Source: Podarcis cretensis (taxonomy: Eukaryota). Taken from it: DNA of 64,000 nucleotides. Location: NCBI GenBank assembly GCA_951804945.1, contig OX638155.1:39432001-39496000 (forward strand), written 5' to 3'. Below are positions 1 through 11,662 of this stretch, piece by piece. The first letter of the stretch is position 1, and each line of letters begins with the position of its first letter. Below the pieces are notes generated by a model. That model made no database searches. It saw only the letters and a list, made by a program, of their open reading frames with translations, and had not been told where the DNA came from. Made by a program: the position numbers and the translations under genes.

Positions 1-257
1 TCCCAGTTCACTGGCATAGCGTGGGTTACCAGCTGCTGGGACGGGGGGAGGGGGGAGAAGGAGGGAAACATGCACATTCAACTGTCTAACACAATCTGCA
101 TCATCCAAGAGATGACAGCCACAGAGATAAGAAGAGTCGTTCCGTTGTCTGGAGAGGTCATTTCCTGGTTCGCATGGAGAAGCAGTTTTCAACGGAAGTG
201 CGCAGCTGTATTGAGGCAACACTAGGTGTTGAAATTCTGTGCCCCTAACCATTTTGC

Positions 258-615
258 GAGGGACATGGGTGGCGCTGTGGGTTAAACCACAGAGCCTAGG
301 ACTAGCCGATCAGAAGGTCGGCAGTTCGAATCCCCGTGACAGGGTGAGCTCCCGTTGCTCGGTCCCTGCTCCTGCTAACCTAGCAGTTCGAAAGCACGTC
401 AGAGTGCAAGTAGATAAATAGGTACCGCTCTCGCGGGAAGGTAAACGGCATTTCCGTGTGCTGCTCTAGTTCGCCAGAAGTGGCTTAGTCATGCTGGCCA
501 CATGACCCGAAAGCTGTACGCCGGCTCCCTCGGCCAATAAAGCGAGATGAGCGCTGCAACCCCAGAGTCAGCCACGACTGGACCTAATGGTCAGGGGTCC
601 CTTTACCTTTACCTT
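258..615 (+). mobile_element. Sauria SINE, full length
   Basis: tRNA-like head GGGACATGGGTGGCGCTGTGGGTTAAACC, B-box-like GTTCGAATCC, family core GTGCAAGTAGATAAATAGGTACC and (ACCTTT)n tail. 12-bp TSD TAACCATTTTGC at 246-257 and 616-627. Confidence 0.93.
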
Positions 616-847
616 TAACCATTTTGCACCCCGAACAACCACGCTATGCCACTGTCCCACTTCCACTCTATGCACATGCCTATAACATGCTGTGGAAAGT
701 CCCCTAACAATTTGCAACAGATCTGAGGTTGCAGGGGGGCTGCAGGGGAAAGACAGGGAAGTCCTGCTACACAAATGTAACAACAGTGTTGGATAAACCA
801 TGTGTTTTTTTCACCAAAGGGTAACTTCAACCAGATCACCAGGTGTG

Positions 848-922
848 ATTCCTGCACTGCAGGGAGTTGGACTAGATGACCATAAAGTCCCAACTCTACT
901 AGCCTGTGAACCTATGATTCTG
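848..922 (+). mobile_element. CR1-type 3' end remnant (LINE or partner SINE)
   Basis: ATTCCTGCACTGCAGGGAGTTGGACTAGATGACC...CCAACTCTA...CTATGATTCT matches the CR1 3' terminal stem and ATTCTRTG-type tail. Similar tails follow the tRNA-Lys SINE heads at 50199 and 61507. Confidence 0.65.
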
Positions 923-2919
923 TTATCAGCCCCACCTACTCATTCTCCTGCCCCAGCACATAAGTCTGAAATTCAAACAAGAAAAGGAGAGACCAGCTGG
1001 TGACAAGTCTAGGCCTGGTTTCAACAGCCCTATGACTTTCCCCTGCCTTTTATGACTTTTTCCCTGTCTTGGAAGGGTCTGATGATTTTTACTCCAGCGA
1101 GCTTTCGAGCAAGGCATAGATCTTTCACATACGCAATATAGTGCAAGTCATAGTAAATCCCACAGAAAGTATTTTGTGCTCCCTGCCGTGTGATTTCATT
1201 ACACTTCATAGTCTCGCTTTCTTGAAGCCCAGTATGGCAACATGATGAACATCAGCTGGAATTAGAGAACTAGCCTTAGAAGTGTAGGATCCGAAATCTA
1301 GGATGGAGAGATCAGCTGACAGGATGCCATTTATCACTCATCTAATGTCCTTTAGAACAAAAGCATGAGCCTCTCTTGAACAACACTTCTGCAGTGAAAA
1401 ATATTGAAACTGAAATAGGAAAATGAAGAAGATTCCTCACAGGGTTCCACAAGAGTGAAATCAGAGCTCGGTGGGTTAGAAAAAAAATAACTCAGAAAAG
1501 TAATTGGTTTTCTTTAAGAGAAGGTGTAAATTCACCTAAGCTCAGGTGGTGTAATTCTAAAGGTTGCTCAACATCCATTAATAATCATAATGGCTTCGTT
1601 CCTCAAGCCAATATCAAAGGGAATTTCAAGTTACATGTAAGAAATAGTTGCGGTAATTATTATCTCTGAGAAGATTTGGAAACATTGATTTATTTTAATG
1701 TTTAATTGTCATTTGCTGGAAGCAGGCCGAAAATAGAAGGATATTTCTCAGAGCAGGTCATTTCTTTTAACAAATCAATTGGATCCTGCTGTTATTATAA
1801 CCTTTTTCTTATAGCTTGACCTCCTGGATGAAATCTCTCACCCTATCATGGAAAAAAACAACCGAACTCCGCAGGATAAAGTACTCAGATTTCACCTATG
1901 CCTTCAATTGTAGGATACATTTCTCTGTCCAGCCAGCAAGACAAGATCTATACTTCGTAATTCTTTGAAACTAATCTCCCAGTTTTGCATTGTTTCACAG
2001 CATTCTGTTGTTTCAGAAAATGTGGTAGCTATATTCAAATTATATAGTGATCGTGTTTTTGCATATTCAAGTTTTTGTTGGCATCCACCTGTCTCAAAAG
2101 ACAATGGAGTGTGCTTCCAGGGGTGAAGTCAAACTGTTGCATTCAACTAAACTTTACCAGGACTTCCCCCTTCTCCTGCCCTCCCCCATTTTTCCAGAGG
2201 GTTGAGGGAGCCCCTGCAACAGATTTAAGATGGCATGGTTGGAGGAGAGGGAGGAAATTTGTGTTGTGCAAGGAGAAATCAGTGTGCTAATTGAACTGTT
2301 TACTTAGCACTACATGCAATAAAATCGTGTGCCATGTGCAGACATGTGGTCTGACATTTTGTGCTGAGAAGGGATGGGAAGATCTGGTACAACTCCTCCT
2401 AATCTAAGATCTTTTGCTTAGTCCCTACAGAACAGTATCTGTTATTTATGTTGGATGCCAATGTTGTTTTCTTCTACAGCGCTTCCCTTTCCCCTGCCAA
2501 AATAAAGAGTATTCTTCTTTTATATAGCTCAATCAGTATATAGGCTAAATAAAAAATTCAGAACACTTTTCAAATGGAACAAATTTTAGATTATTATTTG
2601 GTTCATTGTCTTGACAGTTTAATTGAAGGTAGCTCTTTAGATAAATACTATTTCCCCCTTGGATGTATATATCTAAAATGGCATATTATAAGGACACATT
2701 TAATAAGGAAGCCTGGAAATGTATTCTGTCCCCATCACAATTATGCAAAGCCATCCAGTGGAGCTCTTTCTGGCGCTGAATAGACCTTTATACCTGTCCT
2801 CTCAAAATGATGACATTATGCCATTGGAGGCCTGCTGTGACTACTTGCTTCCAAGGCATTTGGCAGATAAAGTCACTCACATCTGTTCCAGCTTAGATTC
2901 CACTTGGGAAGAATATATA

Positions 2920-2948
2920 TGTGTATGTGTGTGTGTGTGTGTGTGTGT
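2920..2948. repeat. (TG)n microsatellite
   Basis: Read directly from the sequence. Confidence 0.9.
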
Positions 2949-3303
2949 TGAACTCTGATTAAATCCTATTTAATTCATTCTGCCTCAAAATGTATACAGT
3001 TTCCCTCTAGAACTAGTAACTGAAAGAGAGTAACATTATTTTAGCTAATAATACTGGAGGAAGCAAAGATACGTAGTTGTTCTGAAGATATTTATTTGTC
3101 TGAAGACAACCATTTGCATACACAAATAATCTATTGGTACACTTTCTCACATGTACCAACCAACAAAGGTGCAGTATCCATACCTGCGCACATGATAATT
3201 TAGCTGTACACCTCAACAAGTGTACACTATTTCACCCAAACACTTGTACATGTGTAGCAACAGCATGTACCTGTGTTTTGTGTGACGTGTCAACAAGCCT
3301 AGA

Positions 3304-3417
3304 CACATGACCCAGAAGCTGTACGCTGGCTCCCTCGACCAATAAAGTGAGATGAGCGCCACAACCCCAGAGTCGGCCACGACTGGACCTAATGGTCAGG
3401 GGTCTCTTTACCTTTTT
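3304..3417 (+). mobile_element. Sauria SINE, 5'-truncated
   Basis: Near-identical to 498-615 (CACATGACCC...GAGATGAGCGCC...GGACCTAATGGTCAGGGGT) and ends in an ACCTTT tail. Confidence 0.88.
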
Positions 3418-3443
3418 AACCTTGAGTAGCAGGCATGAAAGTA

Positions 3444-3703
3444 CAATCATACCCCATGTTACGTTTGCTTCATGTTACGTATTTTCAGGTTGCGTCCCAC
3501 AGTGACCCGGAAGTCCCGGGAAGGGTTACTTCCAGGCTTTGCAGCTCGTGCATGTGCAGTAGCGCTAAATCACACTTCGTGCATGTGCACAAGCACCAAA
3601 TCACACCACGCACCTGCGCAGATATGGCGCTTCAGGTTGCAGGCTTTTCATGTTGTGAATGGGCCTCCGGAACGGATCCCGTTCGCAACCAGAGGTACCA
3701 CTG
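3444..3703. mobile_element. Tc1/mariner (Tigger-like) MITE
   Basis: TA flanks both ends. The right TIR is GAGGTACCACTG and the left TIR is degenerate (CAATCATACC). The subterminal CCGGAACGGAT motif is shared with 4276-4790. Confidence 0.7.
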
Positions 3704-4275
3704 TACTTAACTCTAGACTAAGACCCAAATGGAAGTGTGTTGTAATAGGAGTATCATCAGAAACAAGGTTTCATTGTTCCTGCCTTGCTTCTCACATGCA
3801 TAAATAATGGAACAGCCTGAGACTTCTCTTCCCATAGTAACCCAGCAAAGCTACTTCTCCATCCGCAGTTCAGACTCTCTCGTCTGTCAATAGGAGTCCT
3901 TCACAAAGGCTGGAGGCTTCACTGCCCATGCATATACTGTGAACTGAAGGCAGAGTAATGAATGTTCCCCCTTTTGACTTTCATCGTTATTGATTTTTAT
4001 TTTTTTTTACTTCAACAAGTTATATTTTTCAGCAATACCTTCAGGGACTGCCTATTACATACAAAGTTCAGTAATCCATCTGTGTGTTTGGTAATTGTCT
4101 GAATACTGTATCTGCACATCGGTGTGTTTGTTTGTTTTTTGTTTCTTTCATTTGCAATGCCAAGGCTATATTACATATGAAGCAACATAGTTTCTAAGTT
4201 TGCCTTTCTTGCATTTACAGAAAATGAAAAATCCAAGAAAAATAAGAAAAATAGTGCACTCTTGGGGCAAGGATA

Positions 4276-4790
4276 CAGTGGTACCTTGGTTCTCAAACAC
4301 CTTGGTACTCAAACAACTTGGAACCCAAACACTGCAAACCTGAAAGTAAGTGTTCTGATTTGCGAACTTTTTTCAGAAGCCAAACGTGCTCCATTTTGAG
4401 TGTTACACTTCCATTTTGAGTGTTATGCTTCCGATTTGAGTGCCACACTTCTGTTTTGAGTGTTACGCTGAGGTCTGTCTGTTTTTGCTATTTATTTTGT
4501 GTTTTTGTGGCTCTTTTTTTGTGTGACTGTGTGGAACCCAGTTCAGCTACTCACAGATTGATTGTGTGACTGCAGTACATGGTTTATTGCTTTCATTTTA
4601 TGGATCAATGCTCTCGCTAGAAAGTAAAATTCATGTTAAATTGCTGTTTTAGGGGTTGTTTTTAAAAGTCTGGAACGGATTAATCTGTTTTGCATTACTA
4701 TCTATGGGAAAGCGCACCTTGGTTTTGGAACGCTTTAGTTTTGGAACGGACTTCCGGAACGGATTAAGTTTGAGAACCATGGTACCACTG
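4276..4790. mobile_element. Tc1/mariner (Tigger-like) MITE
   Basis: 23-bp TIRs CAGTGGTACC(T/A)TGGTTCTCAAAC with 1 mismatch and a TA TSD (4274-4275, 4791-4792). About 4 internal ~20-bp tandem units (TTTGAGTGTTA core) at ~4391-4470. Confidence 0.9.
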
Positions 4791-7700
4791 TATAAAGTAG
4801 GTATATAGTGTGGCCATTTGCTTCCATGTTAATGACTAGATGAGCACAAACTTTACAGCAACAGCTTTCCCTTTAGGAAAGCACAAATCTGCCAGTTTCA
4901 GCTTTTCCCAGTTTCTTATTTTGCCAGGCCTCGTGGAAATTCATCAGCATTTAATTGTGAATTTCTCTTCATAAAGATATGTTTGTATGCAATTCTGCCT
5001 ATGCACATTTTGCAAAGGAATTTTCCATAAAATACGGTGTTTTTGTATGTTTTCACTAATGTATGTATTTTAAGGGACACTTTGCCCCAGTAAATGCATT
5101 TTTGCACTTGGCTGTAGAATTTCATTGCAAAATTCAGAGAAGTGTGAATTTCAAAGGATGGCTGTTTATTAGGTTCACATGCTGCTTTGGAAACTGTGAA
5201 TTAGGTTGGTTTGCTTATGAATGTGAACTGTATCCAATTTCTCTTCCATCCATATCTGTAGGTAAAGTTAACACATTCTTTGAGGTGCACATATACTTTC
5301 TGCTGGTAGTTTTGAGCTAGTGATGTTCAGGAGCAGCTTTGTTGGCCGCAGGAAGCGAACAAAATAGAAATGTGAAACGGCAGAGTCCTGTTTTCAATAA
5401 AGACTGACGTGCTGCCAAACAACCTGTCAATGTAAGGGAAAGAAAAGAAAAGCTTGTTGAGAATCTGCTTCAGTATAGCTCCTAAGAGACCATCCTTTGT
5501 CACCTTTAAGCAAAAATGAAAACAAGGACTAAGTCAGAAGCACATTTCATTGTGCAAAAAGTCCACAGTGTTTATCTTGGAGTTGACTGGGAGACAGACA
5601 CCTCTATGGTACTGATTTTAGTTGTGCTTTCCAAAAAGATAGGTTTGAGTTTTCTGTCATACAACAGAGGCGGGGGATGCTGAAATTCTGCTCACACAGA
5701 AAAGTCAGAGGAAGAGAGTCACTGACAATGATGATTCACCTCTAAAATAAACAATAGCCATAGTAGCTGCAGATTAAGGAGATAAACAATTCAAACGACA
5801 GCAACAAATTTGATGCAAATTATCTCTTTAACAACTGTTCTGTGATTGTGGTGGATGACTGGAACAATGATGGCTGATGCAAAACACTGATGCCCAATTT
5901 TACAATGTTGTTATGATTTTCATTTGGAAAGTGGCTAAGATTGATATGATGATGCTTCCCAATAAACACTAGTTTGTTGTACTTTAGAGGGAGAGAGAGT
6001 CTTGTTTACCTTATTATATAAAAGGTGTGCATTTGAGCCGTTACTGATGTGTCCCCTAAGTAATCTTTGCCCCTTATAAGGGAAAATTGCCACCTCTCTC
6101 CAACGCTTTCTCTCCTTCCTGTTGTGCATTGTTTATTATATGTGTTGCAGAAGAAAAGAACATTCATGGGTAGAGTAATTCAAAGGGCAGAGAGACAGAA
6201 CCTAAGCAAAGGAACACCAAGTCCAAAATCCTGCCAAGCTTGTGCTGGCAGGGTGGAAGGTGTGGGTTGGCAGTTCTTCCTCTCCCTCTTTCTCTTTGAC
6301 TTATTATTTTTAGACTTTCTTTCCCATAGGTCTCAATAAGAGATAAAACCAGTCTCCCATTCTAGAACTGATGTACCTTTCTTCCCATGCAAAGGGCATA
6401 TCAGGACAATAAGAGGGCTTTGAAAATAGGAGCCTACCTTACACAGAATCAAACCATTGGTCTGTCTAGCTCAACATTGTCTGTACTTACTAGAAGTGGC
6501 TCTCCAGGGTTCCAGAGAGTGGGTCACCCTCAGCCCTACCTGGAAATATTAGGACCTTCTGCAGGTAAACCCTAATGTTCTACCACTGCCCTGCAGACCT
6601 TACCCACTTCCCATGTGAATCCAAAGCCAGTGTATTCAAAGCTTGGCCCAGGATGTCCCTAGGATGCTTCCTTTTTTCTTTTTCTTTTGCATTCTCCACC
6701 ATGAGGGAGCAGACAGTGAAGGAGGGATAGCCTTGGAGATTTCTGCAGCTGCAACAAAGACCTCTGTCTCTGCCTGTGGAGAGGGAGATCTCCAAAACCA
6801 TATGACCTCTAGGGTGGTTCCTCGGCGACCCTAGGATTCTGCTCTAAAGTGTTAACAAAAATAGTGTACCTTTTTTCACATGAGTAAATAGTATAAATGT
6901 CTGTGACAAATATCACCCAGGGGCAAGGTGAAATCCATTTACAAGATGGGTTCTCCCAAATTTCACATTAAATAGTGGAAAGGTGATAATACCCTGTTTC
7001 TGTCAGAGGGACCGAACTGTTGTTTTCTTAAAAGTGGAGTTTGGAAACAAGCATCTCAAAACTACACAGAGGAAGAAAAAAATCTTTACAGTAAGTTTAA
7101 AAAATGATAAAGGTTCCCCGATGTAATGAGATGCTAGAGGAAACGGCTCTTTAGATTTCTCTCGGGAGCTCTAGTTGCCAAAGACAGACATAATATTTTC
7201 TCATTATTAGCTCTTCAGCAGAAAGGAAACACAGCAGCATGTTCTTTCCAGTCACACAGAAGAAGGGGCATTTTCAACAAGTAATTTAGAACAGGGGAAA
7301 AAATGAAGGAAAGATGGCTGTGGAACTCATCGTGATGCATAATTATCTCAGCAAAAGAGACGGACTGTGAATAACACTGTTGATTTTGCTTCAAGAAGAA
7401 TCCTCCAGAGAAATCTGATTCAGAATGTGCGGGTGGAAAGAATGTTCCAGAAGGAAGAGCATGAGTGGCAGCACAACTTTGTTTGGAAGCATTGTGCCCA
7501 TGCTCCTTCTGTGCCTCATTCGCATGCGAGAAATGGGTGTTTAACTCATACCAAGAAGAGGAAGACACAAAAGCTTAGACGGCAGCTGCATTCTGTTCCT
7601 CCTATTATCTGCCCATGCATCTATCAAATTCGAAGTTAAGATTGCTGCACACACCCCAATCTCTGAGCAATGAGACATTGGAATGATATAAGGTTTCTGT

Positions 7701-8639
7701 GATATGAAGTACTATTTACACATATATACATGCTGAGCATTAGATGAAGGGCTCACGGCATTAACACTACAACAGATACTGCTCCTCCATTAAGTTTCTA
7801 GTGCAGTCTTCAATGCCATAGCAATAGATTTCTCACAGAGAGAAAACCATGTCTCTGTGGCTGCATATATAGCACACATTTAAGAAATATTCAAAGCACA
7901 ACCCACCCTCAAGGAATCCTGGGAACTGTAGTCTCACCACTCACTATTTGACAAAAGTTACTTAACTATTTATTTAACTTATAAAACTTTCAATGTAAAA
8001 GAAACTTCAGAACAATATGGGAAACCCCATTACTAATTACTTGAAAAGAACAATGATGTGAATAAACTAATTTCTGTTCCTGACCACAAACAAACACACA
8101 AACTGCAACAATTTTCTAGATCAGGTCAGTCAACTCATATCAAAATTTCTCAAATATCCCCATGTAGAATTCACACCTAAATCCCTGGTCTTAAAAAAGA
8201 AAAGAAAAATAATGATCAATTTACCAGTATGTTGAGCATTTCCTGTCATGTTTTCTATTTCTTAACCAGGACCCCCAAGTTGCTTCAGGATTCTGTAGGG
8301 GATCATCACTAAGTCTTGATTTTCAGCTAAGTTAACCAATAAATTACAAATCTTCATGTTCTGAAGTTGTCCTGGCTTCCCTTCCTATCTTTAATGATGG
8401 TGCTTTTCTCAAGCAGCTGCTAAACACCTGTGCCAAGGGTAATCACCATGACTTGTAGCAGACTTCTTTTAGCACTTAGCGATTTGCAAAGAGGGTTAAT
8501 TAAGGGGTGAAGCTATCCTTTTGTAATCTACTCTAAATCATCTAGTGTTGAGAGATTTATTGTGCAAGGAACCACCTCACCCCATATATCCATGGTGAAC
8601 TCTTCAAATAGGACAGTGTGAAGATTACCACATGCCCCA

Positions 8640-8800
8640 GAGGTGTGTGTAGCTTACATTAGGACCCGGACATTTAGAGTTGCAGCTCCAGCTTTCTGGA
8701 ATCAATAACCAGCTGAAATTAGAGAAGTGCCAAGTGTTGTGATGTTTCAGATGCCGCTGGATACATTATTGTTTAAGAAGGCTTTCCTTGAGGTGTCATT
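8640..8800 (+). mobile_element. Degenerate L2 3' fragment
   Basis: GCAGCTCCAGCTTTCTGGAATCAATAACCAGCTGAAATTAGA resembles the L2 ORF2 C-terminal AAP.LWN.LP..IR motif, with a stop. Confidence 0.5.
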
Positions 8801-9653
8801 CAACCATTTATAAAATATTAATTGTTCATATGTAGGAATGGTTTTAATATTAGGATCCATGTTTTCCTAGAGTTTTCATAGGTGTCCTCCATGTCAGCTG
8901 ATCTGTTTCCACTCCCAGAGTTCATCTGAACATGTTTAGATTTAAAATTTAAGCATTCAAAAACTTTTAGATTTAACTAGGTTGCTTCCAGATCGGTGCT
9001 TATTGAGCACCCATCTTGATTGGTGCACCCAAAGCTTGCAGGGAGGTTATAAGGCTTTGGCTGATTTTCAAGCATTCGTTCTGATTTGTTTGTGGGGCAG
9101 TGATACGACTGCCCTCCAAGCAATAGTTACCCACATTTTCCAGTGCACCAAATCCACTTTTATTGCACAACTTGAATTTGACGTCTGCCAGCAGCACTTG
9201 ACTAGAGATTTTCAAGTGAGAATAAACAGAGGTTCTGAATTAAGCATCCATCTTAGAGAGATGCCCAACTGGAATCTGCTTGGTTACGTTTCTGAAACTT
9301 AGAACTCTCTCAAATTCAAGAATGAAATATTAGGCTTTGAATAAACAGAGGAAGAGAGAGCTTTCTTTTAGTGGCAGTAATAAGCAGCATGGAAATTAAC
9401 ATCTATTCTCTAAATACTTAACTCTCAGTCTTCTCTTTCTTTATGAAAAGACTGATGGCATACTTTCACCTGAGTCATAATCAGCATAAATGTGCTTCAA
9501 AGTCACAAATTTTATAGTTGAATTACATTGCCAGGAAGTAAATCAACTTTAATTGAAGTTTTATTTTATAGTTTGAACTGCTCTTTATTTTCTTGCATTG
9601 TATCTTTGTAAACCACTTAGAGACTATTTCATTTAAGTAATAGATATGATATA

Positions 9654-9742
9654 CAGTCGTACCTTGGATCCCAAACAACTTGCGAGTCAAACATTTTGGC
9701 TCCGGTTTGGGAACATTCTTTGGACACAACTTCCAATCGGAA
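9654..9742. mobile_element. Truncated Tc1/mariner MITE end followed by (GATA)n
   Basis: TA|CAGTCGTACCTTGG TIR as at 21026 and 56626. No second TIR found. GATA repeats at ~9742-9769. Confidence 0.6.
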
Positions 9743-10479
9743 GATAGATAGATGATAGATAGATAGATATGAAGGCCAGTGTCATGTGGTCAAATTGGGG
9801 CTATGTTGGAGGAACATATGGAAGTCCTCATTATTTGCAATCTCCTTGATTTGCATGTTCATGGTCAACTCCAATATCAAGATGACAGCTTCCCCAAACT
9901 GTCCATGCATGAGACCACTGCCCAGTCATTTTCTGAGTGGAGGCCCTAAACCCTGATGAAGTGCTTTCAGAAGTGTCAACTTGTACTTAGAATACTGCAT
10001 CAAAACAGCTGCTGTTGGGTTTTGGTTTTTTACAAACTGAGCATACTTATTTACACAGCAGAAAAGTAAGGTTTTTTTGCAAATCCAGAGGGAAGTTTTT
10101 CAAATCTTAACTTAAAAACTTGGCTCATTAAGGCAGGATAAAGTTCTTCAACTGAATTATTTTGTCATGACACTTGGAAAACAGGGTTGTTCTGGAGACA
10201 AGGAGAATACAGCTAATTAAGAACTCGGCTGTTAGATAGCCATTGTCCACTAGTGTTTGCATTGTAAACACACATAATTGATTGCTTGGCCTGTGGTTTT
10301 GTTTTCTGAAACAGTGAAGACAGCGTAGGAAAACTCTTTATAGAACAACAACAAAAATGGTTTCTTTGCTAACCAAAAGAAAGCACAACTCTGACTCTCC
10401 CCCACCCCCTGTGTAAGACAGCAAAACTTTTTTGCCTAGAATTAATTCAATTACCCTTATCCATTGTTACAACTAAAGC

Positions 10480-10856
10480 AGATAAAGGTAAAGGGATGTG
10501 GGTGGTGCTGTGGTCTACCACTGAGCCTCTTGGCCTTGCTGATCAGAATGTTTGAATCCCCACACCCCATTGCTCTGTCCCAGCTCCTGCCAACCTAGCA
10601 ATTTGAAAGAATACCAGTGCAAGTAGATAAATAGGTACCGCTGTGGTGGGGAGGTAAACGGTGTTTCCATGCGCTCTGGTTTCCGTCACAGTGTCCCAGT
10701 GTGCCAGAAGCGGTTTGGTACTGCTGGCCACATGACCTGAAAAGCTGTCTGTGGACAAACACCAGCTCCCTCGGCCTGAAAGCAAGATGAGCGCCACATC
10801 CCATAGTCGCCTTTGACTGGACTTAACCATCCAGGGGTCCTTTACCTTTTTTTAAT
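10480..10856 (+). mobile_element. Sauria SINE (older, diverged subfamily)
   Basis: Head GGGATGTGGGTGGTGCTGTGG, core GTGCAAGTAGATAAATAGGTACC and tail GGGGTCCTTTACCTTT. 13-bp TSD TTACAACTAAAGC at 10467-10479 and 10857-10869. Confidence 0.9.
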
Positions 10857-11249
10857 TTACAACTAAAGCCATGCTTGGGGGATAACATGACAGTTCACTT
10901 CTGTGGGTTTGTTTTCAGGTGTCTAAATACACAAATGCAAACAATAGCCACATGCACACACAATGGTGCCCTTCCTTGTGGTTCACCATTAGCCATTCTG
11001 CCTGGGGCTGATGGGAGTTAGAATTTACAGTATCAGGCTACTCCTGCTTGACTCCATATACTGGTGCTATTCAACTATATTTTACTCAGAGTAAAATTAA
11101 TGAACATGACTAGAGGAGCAATCCTTTACCTGGGAAATGGGCATAATCTATACTGGTTCAAGAGTGGGGTTACTGCCAGCTGAGCCAGTCTAACCCGGCA
11201 GAGGGGAAGCAAGCTTCTAAAACAGAGTTTAACTTAAACCACTCTTCAT

Positions 11250-11384
11250 TTGTATACCACCCTTCATCCATAGTTCTCAGGCCAGTTCACAACAAAACAA
11301 ATACAATATAAAACACAAAGTACATGATAAAATCAAAAACAAAAAGCACAAACCAACAACACCCTCCCCCAACAAATACAATTA
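11250..11384 (-). mobile_element. L2 3' end, left piece (interrupted by the L1)
   Basis: Collinear with the uninterrupted copy at ~19420-19590 and the reverse-complement copy at ~57975-58210. It continues at 18299. Confidence 0.7.
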
Positions 11385-11662
11385 TTATTTTTTTAATATA
11401 TTTTTATTAAACTCTTTTTCGTAAGCACGAACAAAAAAAAAAAGACACAAGAAAAAAGCAAAAAAGAACAAACAAAGAGTAACATAAAACAAGAGTACAA
11501 AGAATAACATAAAACAAAAGTACAAACCCATCCACACTTATACATCCACCCATCACCCATCACATAACAGTGCTTGACTTCCCTTCAAAACGGCTTGAGT
11601 TGCATTCCCACGTTAACTTCCTGCGGGGTATTTTTGTCACCTTTGTTTACACCTCTCAAACT

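Noticed and set aside
4391-4470. CRISPR-like regularly spaced repeats
   Set aside because: Head-to-tail ~20-bp units without unique spacers, inside a eukaryotic MITE.
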